From assembly GCA_965644495.1 (NCBI GenBank), contig CBFFSA010000001.1, positions 4,071,368-4,135,367 of the forward strand: a DNA stretch of 64,000 nucleotides, read 5' to 3'. Numbering within the stretch: position 1 is the first letter of the stretch; each line of letters begins with the position of its first letter. Below the pieces are notes generated by a model. That model was not told the origin of the DNA. It made no database searches and saw only the letters and a list, made by a program, of their open reading frames with translations. The position numbers and the translations under genes were made by a program. This DNA comes from Perkinsela sp. CCAP 1560/9. Lineage: Eukaryota; Protista; Euglenozoa: Kinetoplastea. This document shows, piece by piece, positions 1-15,000 of this stretch.

Positions 1-3000
1 TCGAGTTTTTTGTAAAGATCGAGTGTTTTGTAAAGATCGAGTGTTTTGTAAAGATCCAGTTTTATGTAAAGATCGAGTTTTTTGTAAAGATCGAGTGTTT
101 TGTAAAGATCGAGTTTTTAGTAAAGATCGAGTTTTTTGTAAAGATCGAGTTTTATGTAAAGATCGAATTTTTAGTAAAGATCGAGTTTTTAGCAAAGATC
201 GACTTTTTAGCAAAGATCGAGTTTTTTGTAAAGATCGAGTGTTTTGTAAAGATCGAGTGTTTCGTAAATATCGAGTTTTTCGTAAAGATCGAGTTTTTTG
301 TAGAGATCGAGTTTTTTGTAAAGATCCAGTTTTTAGCAAAGATCGAGTGTTTTGTAAAGATCGAGTTGTTTGTAAAGATCGAGTGTTTTGTAAAGATCCA
401 GTTTTATGTAAAGATCAAATCTTTTTTTTAAATATCGAGTGTTTCGTAAATATCGAGTTTTTTGTAAAGATCGAGTTTTTAGTAAAGATCGAGTTTTTTG
501 TAAAGATCGAGTTTTATGTAAAGATCGAATTTTTAGTAAAGATCGAGTTTTTAGCAAAGATCGACTTTTTAGCAAAGATCGAGTTTTTTGTAAAGATCGA
601 GTGTTTTGTAAAGATCGAGTGTTTCGTAAATATCGAGTTTTTCGTAAAGATCGAGTTTTTTGTAGAGATCGAGTTTTTTGTAAAGATCCAGTTTTTAGCA
701 AAGATCGAGTGTTTTGTAAAGATCGAGTGTTTTGTAAAGATCGAGTGTTTTGTAAATATCGAGTTTTTAGTAAAGATCGAGTGTTTTGTAAAGATCGAGT
801 TTTTAGTAAAGATCGAGTTTTATGTAAAGATCGAGTTTTTAGCAAAGATCGAGTGTTTTGTAAAGATCGAGTGTTTCGTAAATATCGAGTTTTTCGTAAA
901 GATCGAGTTTTTAGCAATGATCGAGTTTTTTGTAAAGATCGAGTTTTTTGTAAAGATCGAGTGTTTTGTAAATATCGAGTTTTTTGTAAAGATCGAGTTT
1001 TTAGCAACGATCGAGTTTTTTGTAAAGATCGAGTGTTTTGTAAAGATCGAATCTTTTGTAAATATCGAGTGTTTCGTAAATATCGAGTTTTTTGTAAAGA
1101 TCGAGTGTTTTGTAAAGATCGAGTTTTTTGTAAAGATCGAGTTTTTAGCAAAGATCGAGTTTTTTGTAAAGATCGAGTTGTTTGTAAAGATCGAGTGTTT
1201 TGTAAAGATCCAGTTTTATGTAAAGATCGAGTGTTTTGTAAATATCGAGTGTTTCGTAAATATCGAGTTTTTTGTAAAGATCGAGTGTTTTGTAAAGATC
1301 GAATTTTTTCTAAAGATCGAGTGTTTTGTAAAGATCGAGTGTTTTGTAAAGATCGAGTTTTTTGTGAAGATCGAGTGTTTTGTAAAGCTCGAATTTTTTG
1401 GAAAGCTCGAATTTTCTGGAAAGATCGAGTGTTTTGTAAAGATCGAATTATTTGTAAATATCGAGTGTTTCGTAAATATCGAGTTTTTTGTAAAGATCAA
1501 GTGTTTTGTAAAGATCGACCTGTTTGTAAAGATCGAGTGTTTTGTAAAGATCCAGTTTTATGTAAAGATCGAATCTTTAGTAAATATCGAGTGTTTCGTA
1601 AATATCGAGTTTTTTGTAAAGATCGAGTGTTTTGTAAAGATCGAGTGTTTTGTAAAGATCGAATTTTTTGTAAATATCGAGTTTTTAGCAAAGATCGAGT
1701 TTTTTGTAAAGATCGAGTGTTTTGTAAATATCGAGTTTTTTGTTAAGATCGAGTGTTTTGTAAAGATCGAGTTTTTTGTAAAGATCGAGTTTTTAGCAAT
1801 GATCGAGTTTTTTGTAAAGATCGAGTGTTTTGTAAAGATCGAGTGTTTTGTAAAGATCGAATCTTTTGTAAATATCGAGTGTTTCGTAAATATCGAGTTT
1901 TTTGTAAAGATCGAGTGTTTTGTAAAGATCGAGTTTTTTGTAAAGATCGAGTTTTATGTAAAGATCGAGTTTTTAGCAAAGATCGAGTTTTTTGTAAAGA
2001 TCGAGTGTTTTATAAAGATCGAGTTTTTTGTAAAGATCGAGTTGTTTGTAACGATCGAGTGTTTTGTAAAGATCGAGTTTTTTGTAAAGATCGAATCATT
2101 TGTAAATATCGAGTGTTTCGTAAATATCGAGTTTTTTGTAAAGATCGAGTGTTTTGTAAAGATCGAGTTGTTTGTCAAGATCGAGTTTTTTGTAAAGATC
2201 CAGTTTTATGTAAAGATCGAATCTTTTGTAAATGTCGAGTGTTTCGTAAATATCGAGTTTTTTGTAAAGATCGAGTGTTTTGTAAAGGTCGAATTTTTTT
2301 TTAAAGATCGAGTGTTTTGTAAAGATCGAGTGTTTTGTAAAGATCGAGTGTTTTGTAAAGATCGAGTGTTTTGTAAAGATCGAGTGTTTTGTAAAGATCG
2401 AATCATTTGTAAATATCGAGTGTTTCGTAAATATCGAGTTTTTTGTAAAGATCGAGTGTTTTGTAAAGATCGAGTGTTTTGTAAAGATCGAGTTTTTTGT
2501 AAAGATCGAGTTTTTTTTTGAAGATCGAGTTTTTTGTAAAGATCGAGTTTTTTGTAAAGATCGAATCATTTGTAAATATCGAGTGTTTCGTAAATATCGA
2601 GTTTTTTGTAAAGATCGAGTGTTTTGTAAAGATCGAGTTTTTTGTAAAGATCGAGTTTTTTTTGAAGATCGAGTTTTTTGTAAAGATCGAGTTTTTTGTA
2701 AAGATCGAATCTTTTGTAAATATCGAGTGTTTCGTAAATATCGAGTTTTTTGTAAAGATCGAGTGTTTTGTAAAGATCCAGTTTTATGTAAAGATCGAGT
2801 TTTTTGTAAAGATCGAGTGTTTTGTAAAGATCGAGTTTTTAGTAAAGATCGAGTTTTTTGTAAAGATCGAGTTTTATGTAAAGATCGAATTTTTAGTAAA
2901 GATCGAGTTTTTAGCAAAGATCGAGTTTTTAGCAAAGATCGAGTTTTTTGTAAAGATCGAGTGTTTTGTAAAGATCGAGTGTTTCGTAAATATCGAGTTT

Positions 3001-6000
3001 TTCGTAAAGATCGAGTTTTTTGTAGAGATCGAGTTTTTTGTAAAGATCCAGTTTTTAGCAAAGATCGAGTGTTTTGTAAAGATCGAGTTTTTTGTAAAGA
3101 TCGAATCATTTGTAAATATCGAGTGTTTCGTAAATATCGAGTGTTTTGTAAAGCTCGAATTTTTTGGAAAGCTCGAATTTTCTGGAAAGATCGAGTGTTT
3201 TGTAAAGATCGAATCATTTGTAAATATCGAGTGTTTCGTAAATATCGAGTTTTTTGTAAAGATCAAGTGTTTTGTAAAGATCGAGTTTTTTGTAAAGATC
3301 GAATCATTTGTAAATATCGAGTGTTTCGTAAATATCGAGTTTTTTGTAAAGATCGAGTGTTTTGTAAAGATCGAGTGTTTTGTAAAGATCCAGTTTTATG
3401 TAAAGATCGAGTTTTTTGTAAAGATCGAGTGTTTTGTAAAGATCGAGTTTTTAGTAAAGATCGAGTTTTTTGTAAAGATCGAGTTTTATGTAAAGATCGA
3501 ATTTTTAGTGAAGATCGAGTTTTTAGCAAAGATCGACTTTTTAGCAAAGATCGAGTTTTTTGTAAAGATCGAGTGTTTTGTAAAGATCGAGTGTTTCGTA
3601 AATATCGAGTTTTTAGTAAAGATCGAGTTTTTTGTAAAGATCGAGTTTTTAGTAAAGATCGAGTTTTTTGTAAAGATCGAGTTTTATGTAAACATCGAGT
3701 TTTTAGCAAAGATCGAGTGTTTTGTAAAGATCGAGTGTTTCGTAAATATCGAGTTTTTTGTAAAGATCGAGTTTTTAGCAAAGATCGAGTCTTTAGCAAA
3801 GATCGAGTTTTTTGTAAAGATCGAGTGTTTTGTAAAGATCGAGTGTTTTGTAAATATCGAGTTTTTAGTAAAGATCGAGTTTTTTGTAAAGATCGAGTTT
3901 TTAGTAAAGATCGAGTTTTTTGTAAAGATCGAGTTTTATGTAAACATCGAGTTTTTAGCAAAGATCGAGTGTTTTGTAAAGATCGAGTGTTTCGTAAATA
4001 TCGAGTTTTTCGTAAAGATCGAGTTTTTAGCAATGATCGAGTTTTTTGTAAAGATCGAGTTTTTTGTAAAGATCGAGTGTTTTGTAAATATCGAGTTTTT
4101 TGTAAAGATCGAGTTTTTAGCAACGATCGAGTTTTTTGTAAAGATCGAGTGTTTTGTAAAGATCGAATCTTTTGTAAATATCGAGTGTTTCGTAAATATC
4201 GAGTTTTTTGTAAAGATCGAGTGTTTTGTAAAGATCGAGTTTTTTGTAAAGATCGAGTTTTTAGCAATGATCGAGTTTTTTGTAAAGATCGAGTGTTTTA
4301 TAAAGATCGAGTTTTTAGCAAAGATCGAGTTTTTTGTAAAGATCGAGTTGTTTGTAAAGATCGAGTGTTTTGTAAAGATCCAGTTTTATGTAAAGATCGA
4401 GTGTTTTGTAAATATCGAGTGTTTCGTAAATATCGAGTTTTTGGTAAAGATCGAGTGTTTTGTAAAGATCGAATTTTTTGTAAAGATCGAGTGTTTTGTA
4501 AAGATCGAGTGTTTTGTAAAGATCGAGTTTTTTGTGAAGATCGAGTGTTTTGTAAAGCTCGAATTTTTTGGAAAGCTCGAATTTTCTAGCGAATCAAGTG
4601 TTTTGTAAAGATCGACCTGTTTGTAAAGATCGAGTGTTTTGTAAAGATCCAGTTTTATGTAAAGATCGAATCTTTAGTAAATATCGAGTGTTTCGTAAAT
4701 ATCGAGTTTTTTGTAAAGATCGAGTGTTTTGTAAAGATCGAGTGTTTTGTAAAGATCGAATTTTTTGTAAAGATCGAGTTTTTTGTTAAGATCGAGTGTT
4801 TTGTAAAGATCGAGTGTTTTGTAAAGATCGAGTTTTTTGTAAATATCGAGTTTTTAGCAAAGATCGAGTTTTTTGTAAAGATCGAGTGTTTTGTAAATAT
4901 CGAGTTTTTTGTAAAGATCGAGTTTTTAGCAATGATCGAGTTTTTTGTAAAGATCGAGTGTTTTGTAAAGATCGAGTGTTTTATAAAGATCGAGTTTTTA
5001 GCAAGGATCGAGTTTTTTGTAAAGATCGAGTTGTTTGTAAAGATCGAGTGTTTTGTAAAGATCGAGTTTTTTGTAAAGATCGAATCATTTGTAAATATCG
5101 AGTGTTTCGTAAATATCGAGTTTTTTGTAAAGATCGAGTGTTTTGTAAAGATCGAGTTGTTTGTCAAGATAGAGTTTTTTGTAAAGATCGAGTTTTTTGT
5201 AAAGATCGAATCATTTGTAAATATCGAGTGTTTCGTAAATATCGAGTTTTTTGTAAAGATCGAGTGTTTTGTAAAGATCGAGTTTTTTGTAAAGATCGAA
5301 TCTTTTGTAAATATCGAGTGTTTCGTAAATATCGAGTTGTTTGTAAAGATCGAGTGTTTTGTAAAGATCCAGTTTTATGTAAAGATCGAGTTTTTTGTAA
5401 AGATCGAGTGTTTTGTAAAGATCGAGTTTTTAGTAAAGATCGAGTTTTTTGTAAAGATCGAGTTTTATGTAAAGATCGAATTTTTAGCAAAGAACGAGTG
5501 TTTTGTAAAGATCGAGTGTTTCGTAAATATCGAGTTTTTCGTAAAGATCGAGTTTTTAGCAATGATCGAGTTTTTTGTAAAGATCGAGTTTTTTGTAAAG
5601 ATCGAGTGTTTTGTAAATATCGAGTTTTTTGTAAAGATCGAGTTTTTAGCAATGATCGAGTTTTTTGTAAAGATCGAGTGTTTTGTAAAGATCGAATCTT
5701 TTGTAAATATCGAGTGTTTCGTAAATATCGAGTTTCTTGTAAAGATCGAGTGTTTTGTAAAGATCGAGTTTTTTGTAAAGATCGAGTTTTTAGCAATGAT
5801 CGAGTTTTTTGTCAAGATCGAGTGTTTTATAAAGATCGAGTTTTTAGCAAAGATCGAGTTTTTTGTAAAGATCGAGTTTTTTGTAAAGATCGAGTGTTTT
5901 GTAAATATCGAGTTTTTTGTAAAGATCGAGTTTTTAGCAATGATCGAGTTTTTTGTAAAGATCGAGTGTTTTGTAAAGATCGAGTGTTTTGTAAAGATCG

Positions 6001-9000
6001 AATCTTTTGTAAATATCGAGTGTTTCGTAAATATCGAGTTTTTTGTAAAGATCGTGTGTTTTGTAAAGATCGAGTTTTTTGTAAAGATCGAGTTTTTAGC
6101 AATGATCGAGTTTTTTGTAAAGATCGAGTGTTTTATAAAGATCGAGTTTTTAGCAAAGATCGAGTTTTTTGTAAAGATCGAGTTTTTTGTAAAGATCGAG
6201 TTTTTTGTAAAGATCGAGTTTTTTGTAAAGATCGAGTTTTTTTAGCAAAGATCGAGTGTTTTGTAAAGATCGAGTGTTTCGTAAATATCGAGTTTTTTGT
6301 AAAGATCGAGTGTTTTGTAAATATCGAGTTTTTTGTAAAGATCGAGTTTTTAGCAATGATCGAGTTTTTTGTAAAGATCGAGTGTTTTGTAAAGATCGAA
6401 TCTTTTGTAAATATCGAGTGTTTCGTAAATATCGAGTTTTTTGTAAAGATCGAGTGTTTTGTAAAGATCGCGTTTTTTGTAAAGATCGAGTTTTATGTAA
6501 AGATCGAGTTTTTAGCAAAGATCGAGTTTTTTGTAAAGATCGAGTGTTTTATAAAGATCGAGTTTTTAGTAAGGATCGAGTTTTTTGTAAAGATCGAGTT
6601 GTTTGTAAAGATCGAGTGTTTTGTAAAGATCGAGTTTTTTGTAAAGATCGAATCATTTGTAAATATCGTGTGTTTCGTAAATATCGAGTTTTTTGTAAAG
6701 ATCGAGTGTTTTGTAAAGATCGAGTTGTTTGTCAAGATCGTGTTTTTTGTAAAGATCCAGTTTTATGTAAAGATCGAATCTTTTGTAAATGTCGAGTGTT
6801 TCGTAAATATCGAGTTTTTTGTAAAGATCGAGTGTTTTGTAAAGGTCGAGTGTTTTGTAAAGATCGAGTGTTTTGTAAAGATCGAGTGTTTTGTAAAGAT
6901 CGAGTGTTTTGTAAGGTCGAGTTTTTTGTAAAGATCGAGTTTTTTGTAAAGATCGAATCATTTGTAAATATCGAGTGTTTCGTAAATATCGAGTTTTTTG
7001 TAAAGATCGAGTGTTTTGTAAAGATCGAGTTTTTTGTAAAGATCGAGTTTTTTTTTGAAGATCGAGTTTTTTGTAAAGATCGAGTTTTTTGTAAAGATCG
7101 AATCTTTTGTAAATATCGAGTGTTTCGTAAATATCGAGTTTTTTGTAAAGATCGAGTGTTTTGTAAAGATCCAGTTTTATGTAAAGATCGAGTTTTTTGT
7201 AAAGATCGAGTGTTTTGTAAAGATCGAGTTTTTAGTAAAGATCGAGTTTTTTGTAAAGATCGAGTGTTTTATAAAGATCGAGTTTTTAGCAAGGATCGAG
7301 TTTTTTGTAAAGATCGAGTTGTTTGTAAAGATCGAGTGTTTTGTAAAGATCGAGTTTTTTGTAAAGATCGAATCATTTGTAAATATCGAGTGTTTCGTAA
7401 ATATCGAGTTTTTTGTAAAGATCGAGTGTTTTGTAAAGATCGAGTGTTTTGTAAAGATCCAGTTTTATGTAAAGATCGAGTTTTTTGTAAAGATCGAGTG
7501 TTTTGTAAAGATCGAGTTTTTAGTAAAGATCGACTTTTTAGCAAAGATCGAGTTTTTTGTAAAGATCGAGTGTTTTGTAAAGATCGAGTGTTTCGTAAAT
7601 ATCGAGTTTTTCGTAAAGATCGAGTTTTTTGTAGAGATCGAGTTTTTTGTAAAGATCCAGTTTTTAGCAAAGATCGAGTGTTTTGTAAAGATCGAGTGTT
7701 TTGTAAAGATCGAGTGTTTTGTAAAGATCGAATCTTTTGTAAATATCGAGTGTTTCGTAAATATCGAGTTTTTTGTAAAGATCGAGTGTTTTGTAAAGAT
7801 CGAGTTTTTTGTAAAGATCGAGTTTTTAGCAATGATCGAGTTTTTTGTAAAGATCGAGTGTTTTATAAAGGTCGAGTTTTTAGCAAAGATCGAGTTTTTT
7901 GTAAAGATCGAGTTGTTTGTAAAGATCAAGTGTTTTGTAAAGATCGACCTGTTTGTAAAGATCGAGTGTTTTGTAAAGATCCAGTTTTATGTAAAGATCG
8001 AATCTTTAGTAAATATCGAGTGTTTCGTAAATATCGAGTTTTTTGTAAAGATCGAGTGTTTTGTAAAGATCGAGTGTTTTGTAAAGATCGAATTTTTTGT
8101 AAAGATCGAGTTTTTTGTTAAGATCGAGTGTTTTGTAAAGATCGAGTGTTTTGTAAAGATCGAGTTTTTTGTAAATATCGAGTTTTTAGCAAAGATCGAG
8201 TTTTTTGTAAAGATCGAGTGTTTTGTAAATATCGAGTTTTTTGTAAAGATCGAGTTTTTAGCAATGATCGAGTTTTTTGCAAAGATCGAGTGTTTTGTAA
8301 AGATCGAGTGTTTTGTAAAGATCGAATCTTTTGTAAATATCGAGTGTTTCGTAAATATCGAGTTTTTTGTAAAGATCGAGTGTTTTGTAAAGATCGAGTT
8401 TTTTGTAAAGATCGAGTTTTTAGCAAAGATCGAGTTTTTTGTAAAGATCGAGTTTTTAGCAAAGATCGAGTTTTTTGTAAAGATCGAGTGTTTTATAAAG
8501 ATCGAGTTTTTAGCAAGGATCGAGTTTTTTGTAAAGATCGAGTTGTTTGTAAAGATCGAGTGTTTTGTAAAGATCGAGTTTTTTGTCAGGATCCAGTTTT
8601 ATGTAAAGATCGAATCTTTTGTAAATGTCGAGTGTTTCGTAAATATCGAGTTTTTTGTAAAGATCGAGTGTTTTGTAAAGATCGAGTGTTTTGTAAAGAT
8701 CGAGTGTTTTGTAAAGATCGAGTGTTTCGTAAATATCGAGTTTTTTGTAAAGATCGAGTGTTTTGTAAAGATCGAGTTTTTTGTAAAGATCGAGTTTTTT
8801 TTTGAAGATCGAGTTTTTTGTAAAAATCGAGTTTTTTGTAAAGATCGAATCTTTTGTAAATATCGAGTGTTTCGTAAATATCGAGTTTTTTGTAAAGATC
8901 GAGTGTTTTGTAAAGATCGAGTTTTTTGTAAAGATCGAGTTTTTTTTTGAAGATCGAGTTTTTTGTAAAGATCGAGTTTTTTGTAAAGATCGAATCTTTT

Positions 9001-12000
9001 GTAAATATCGAGTGTTTCGTAAATATCGAGTTTTTTGTAAAGATCGAGTGTTTTGTAAAGATCCAGTTTTATGTAAAGATCGAGTTTTTTGTAAAGATCG
9101 AGTGTTTTGTAAAGATCGAGTTTTTAGTAAAGATCGAGTTTTTTGTAAAGATCGAGTTTTATGTAAAGATCGAATTTTTAGTAAAGATCGAGTTTTTAGC
9201 AAAGATCGAGTTTTTAGCAAAGATCGAGTTTTTTGTAAAGATCGAGTGTTTTGTAAAGATCGAGTGTTTCGTAAATATCGAGTTTTTCGTAAAGATCGAG
9301 TTTTTTGTAGAGATCGAGTTTTTTGTAAAGATCGAGTTTTTTGTAAAGATCGAGTTTTTAGCAAAGATCGAGTTTTTTGTAAAGATCGAGTTTTTAGCAA
9401 AGATCGAGTTTTTTGTAAAGATCGAGTGTTTTATAAAGATCGAGTTTTTAGCAAGGATCGAGTTTTTTGTAAAGATCGAGTTGTTTGTAAAGATCGAGTC
9501 TTTTGTAAAGATCGAGTTTTTTGTAAAGATCGAATCATTTGTAAATATCGAGTGTTTCGTAAATATCGAGTTTTTTGTAAAGATCGAGTGTTTTGTAAAG
9601 ATCGAGTGTTTTGTAAAGATCGAGTGTTTTGTAAAGATCGAGTGTTTCGTAAATATCGAGTTTTTTGTAAAGATCGAGTGTTTTGTAAAGATCGAGTTTT
9701 TTGTAAAGATCGAGTTTTTTTTTGAAGATCGAGTTTTTTGTAAAGATCGAGTTTTTTGTAAAGATCGAATCTTTTGTAAATATCGAGTGTTTCGTAAATA
9801 TCGAGTTTTTTGTAAAGATCGAGTGTTTTGTAAAGATCGAGTTTTTTGTAAAGATCGAGTTTTTTTTTGAAGATCGAGTTTTTTGTAAAGATCGAATCTT
9901 TTGTAAATATCGAGTGTTTCGTAAATATCGAGTTTTTTGTAAAGATCGAGTGTTTTGTAAAGATCCAGTTTTATGTAAAGATCGAGTTTTTTGTAAAGAT
10001 CGAGTGTTTTGTAAAGATCGAGTTTTTAGTAAAGATCGAGTTTTTTGTAAAGATCGAGTTTTATATAAAGATCGAATTTTTAGTAAAGATCGAGTTTTTA
10101 GCAAAGATCGAGTTTTTAGCAAAGATCGAGTTTTTTGTAAAGATCGAGTGTTTTGTAAAGATCGAGTGTTTCGTAAATATCGAGTTTTTCGTAAAGATCG
10201 AGTTTTTAGCAATGATCGAGTTTTTTGTAAAGATCGAGTTTTTTGTAAAGATCGAGTGTTTTGTAAATATCGAGTTTTTTGTAAAGATCGAGTTTTTTGT
10301 AGAGATCGAGTTTTTTGTAAAGATCCAGTTTTTAGCAAAGAACGAGTGTTTTGTAAAGATCGAGTGTTTCGTAAATATCGAGTTTTTCGTAAAGATCGAG
10401 TTTTTAGCAATGATCGAGTTTTTTGTAAAGATCGAGTTTTTTGTAAAGATCGAGTGTTTTGTAAATATCGAGTTTTTTGTAAAGATCGAGTTTTTAGCAA
10501 TGATCGAGTTTTTTGTAAAGATCGAGTGTTTTGTAAAGATCGAATCTTTTGTAAATATCGAGTGTTTCGTAAATATCGAGTTTTTTGTAAAGATCGAGTG
10601 TTTTGTAAAGATCGAGTTTTTTGTAAAGATCGAGTTTTTTTAGCAAAGATCGAGTGTTTTGTAAAGATCGAGTGTTTCGTAAATATCGAGTTTTTCGTAA
10701 AGATCGAGTGTTTTGTAAAGATCGAGTTTTTTTAGCAAAGATCGAGTGTTTTGTAAAGATCGAGTGTTTTGTAAAGATCGAGTTTTTTGTCAGGATCCAG
10801 TTTTATGTAAAGATCGAATCTTTTGTAAATGTCGAGTGTTTCGTAAATATCGAGTTTTTTGTAAAGATCGAGTGTTTTGTAAAGATCGAGTGTTTTGTAA
10901 AGATCGAGTGTTTTGTAAAGATCGAGTGTTTCGTAAATATCGAGTTTTTTGTAAAGATCGAGTTTTTAGCAATGATCGAGTTTTTTGTAAAGATCGAGTT
11001 TTTTGTAAAGATCGAGTGTTTTGTAAATATCGAGTTTTTTGTAAAGATCGAGTTTTTAGCAATGATCGAGTTTTTTGTAAAGATCGAGTGTTTTGTAAAG
11101 ATCGAGTGTTTTGTAAAGATCGAATCTTTTGTAAATATCGAGTGTTTCGTAAATATCGAGTTTTTCTGTAAAGATCGTGTGTTTTGTAAAGATCGAGTTT
11201 TTTGTAAAGATCGAGTTTTTAGCAATGATCGAGTTTTTTGTAAAGATCGAGTGTTTTATAAAGATCGAGTTTTTAGCAAAGATCGAGTTTTTTGTAAAGA
11301 TCGAGTTTTTTGTAAAGATCGAGTTTTTTGTAAAGATCGAGTTTTTTTAGCAAAGATCGAGTGTTTTGTAAAGATCGAGTGTTTTGTAAAGATCGAGTTT
11401 TTTGTCAGGATCCAGTTTTATGTAAAGATCGAATCTTTTGTAAATGTCGAGTGTTTCGTAAATATCGAGTTTTTTGTAAAGATCGAGTGTTTTGTAAAGA
11501 TCGAGTGTTTTGTAAAGATCGAGTGTTTTGTAAAGATCGAGTTTTTTGTAAAGATCGAATCTTTTGTAAATATCGAGTGTTTCGTAAATATCGAGTTTTT
11601 TGTAAAGATCGAGTGTTTTGTAAAGATCGAGTTTTTTGTAAAGATCGAGTTTTTTTTTGAAGATCGAGTTTTTTGTAAAGATCGAATCTTTTGTAAATAT
11701 CGAGTGTTTCGTAAATATCGAGTTTTTTGTAAAGATCGAGTGTTTTGTAAAGATCCAGTTTTATGTAAAGATCGAGTTTTTTGTAAAGATCGAGTGTTTT
11801 GTAAAGATCGAGTTTTTAGTAAAGATCGAGTTTTTTGTAAAGATCGAGTTTTATATAAAGATCGAATTTTTAGTAAAGATCGAGTTTTTAGCAAAGATCG
11901 AGTTTTTAGCAAAGATCGAGTTTTTTGTAAAGATCGAGTGTTTTGTAAAGATCGAGTGTTTCGTAAATATCGAGTTTTTCGTAAAGATCGAGTTTTTAGC

Positions 12001-15000
12001 AATGATCGAGTTTTTTGTAAAGATCGAGTTTTTTGTAAAGATCGAGTGTTTTGTAAATATCGAGTTTTTTGTAAAGATCGAGTTTTTTGTAGAGATCGAG
12101 TTTTTTGTAAAGATCCAGTTTTTAGCAAAGAACGAGTGTTTTGTAAAGATCGAGTGTTTCGTAAATATCGAGTTTTTCGTAAAGATCGAGTTTTTAGCAA
12201 TGATCGAGTTTTTTGTAAAGATCGAGTTTTTTGTAAAGATCGAGTGTTTTGTAAATATCGAGTTTTTTGTAAAGATCGAGTTTTTAGCAATGATCGAGTT
12301 TTTTGTAAAGATCGAGTGTTTTGTAAAGATCGAATCTTTTGTAAATATCGAGTGTTTCGTAAATATCGAGTTTTTTGTAAAGATCGAGTGTTTTGTAAAG
12401 ATCGAGTTTTTTGTAAAGATCGAGTTTTTTTAGCAAAGATCGAGTGTTTTGTAAAGATCGAGTGTTTCGTAAATATCGAGTTTTTCGTAAAGATCGAGTG
12501 TTTTGTAAAGATCGAGTTTTTTTAGCAAAGATCGAGTGTTTTGTAAAGATCGAGTGTTTTGTAAAGATCGAGTTTTTTGTCAGGATCCAGTTTTATGTAA
12601 AGATCGAATCTTTTGTAAATGTCGAGTGTTTCGTAAATATCGAGTTTTTTGTAAAGATCGAGTGTTTTGTAAAGATCGAGTGTTTTGTAAAGATCGAGTG
12701 TTTTGTAAAGATCGAGTGTTTCGTAAATATCGAGTTTTTTGTAAAGATCGAGTTTTTAGCAATGATCGAGTTTTTTGTAAAGATCGAGTTTTTTGTAAAG
12801 ATCGAGTGTTTTGTAAATATCGAGTTTTTTGTAAAGATCGAGTTTTTAGCAATGATCGAGTTTTTTGTAAAGATCGAGTGTTTTGTAAAGATCGAGTGTT
12901 TTGTAAAGATCGAGTTTTTTGTAAAGATCGAATCTTTTGTAAATATCGAGTGTTTCGTAAATATCGAGTTTTTTGTAAAGATCGAGTGTTTTGTAAAGAT
13001 CGAGTTTTTTGTAAAGATCGAGTTTTTTTTTGAAGATCGAGTTTTTTGTAAAGATCGAATCTTTTGTAAATATCGAGTGTTTCGTAAATATCGAGTTTTT
13101 TGTAAAGATCGAGTGTTTTGTAAAGATCCAGTTTTATGTAAAGATCGAGTTTTTTGTAAAGATCGAGTGTTTTGTAAAGATCGAGTTTTTAGTAAAGATC
13201 GAGTTTTTTGTAAAGATCGAGTTTTATATAAAGATCGAATTTTTAGTAAAGATCGAGTTTTTAGCAAAGATCGAGTTTTTAGCAAAGATCGAGTTTTTTG
13301 TAAAGATCGAGTGTTTTGTAAAGATCGAGTGTTTCGTAAATATCGAGTTTTTCGTAAAGATCGAGTTTTTAGCAATGATCGAGTTTTTTGTAAAGATCGA
13401 GTTTTTTGTAAAGATCGAGTGTTTTGTAAATATCGAGTTTTTTGTAAAGATCGAGTTTTTTGTAGAGATCGAGTTTTTTGTAAAGATCCAGTTTTTAGCA
13501 AAGAACGAGTGTTTTGTAAAGATCGAGTGTTTCGTAAATATCGAGTTTTTCGTAAAGATCGAGTTTTTAGCAATGATCGAGTTTTTTGTAAAGATCGAGT
13601 TTTTTGTAAAGATCGAGTGTTTTGTAAATATCGAGTTTTTTGTAAAGATCGAGTTTTTAGCAATGATCGAGTTTTTTGTAAAGATCGAGTGTTTTGTAAA
13701 GATCGAATCTTTTGTAAATATCGAGTGTTTCGTAAATATCGAGTTTTTTGTAAAGATCGAGTGTTTTGTAAAGATCGAGTTTTTTGTAAAGATCGAGTTT
13801 TTTTAGCAAAGATCGAGTGTTTTGTAAAGATCGAGTGTTTCGTAAATATCGAGTTTTTCGTAAAGATCGAGTGTTTTGTAAAGATCGAGTTTTTTTAGCA
13901 AAGATCGAGTGTTTTGTAAAGATCGAGTGTTTTGTAAAGATCGAGTTTTTTGTCAGGATCCAGTTTTATGTAAAGATCGAATCTTTTGTAAATGTCGAGT
14001 GTTTCGTAAATATCGAGTTTTTTGTAAAGATCGAGTGTTTTGTAAAGATCGAGTGTTTTGTAAAGATCGAGTGTTTTGTAAAGATCGAGTGTTTCGTAAA
14101 TATCGAGTTTTTTGTAAAGATCGAGTTTTTAGCAATGATCGAGTTTTTTGTAAAGATCGAGTTTTTTGTAAAGATCGAGTGTTTTGTAAATATCGAGTTT
14201 TTTGTAAAGATCGAGTTTTTAGCAATGATCGAGTTTTTTGTAAAGATCGAGTGTTTTGTAAAGATCGAGTGTTTTGTAAAGATCGAATCTTTTGTAAATA
14301 TCGAGTGTTTCGTAAATATCGAGTTTTTTGTAAAGATCGAGTGTTTTGTAAAGATCGAGTTTTTTGTAAAGATCGAGTTTTTTTAGCAAAGATCGAGTGT
14401 TTTGTAAAGATCGAGTGTTTTGTAAAGATCGAGTGTTTTGTAAAGATCGAGTGTTTTGTAAAGATCGAGTGTTTCGTAAATATCGAGTTTTTTGTAAAGA
14501 TCGAGTTTTTAGCAATGATCGAGTTTTTTGTAAAGATCGAGTTTTCTGTAAAGATCGTGTGTTTTGTAAAGATCGAGTTTTTTGTAAAGATCGAGTTTTT
14601 AGCAATGATCGAGTTTTTTGTAAAGATCGAGTTTTTTGTAAAGATCGAGTGTTTTGTAAATATCGAGTTTTTTGTAAAGATCGAGTTTTTTGTAGAGATC
14701 GAGTTTTTTGTAAAGATCCAGTTTTTAGCAAAGAACGAGTGTTTTGTAAAGATCGAGTGTTTCGTAAATATCGAGTTTTTCGTAAAGATCGAGTTTTTAG
14801 CAATGATCGAGTTTTTTGTAAAGATCGAGTTTTTTGTAAAGATCGAGTGTTTTGTAAATATCGAGTTTTTTGTAAAGATCGAGTTTTTAGCAATGATCGA
14901 GTTTTTTGTAAAGATCGAGTGTTTTGTAAAGATCGAATCTTTTGTAAATATCGAGTGTTTCGTAAATATCGAGTTTTTTGTAAAGATCGAGTGTTTTGTA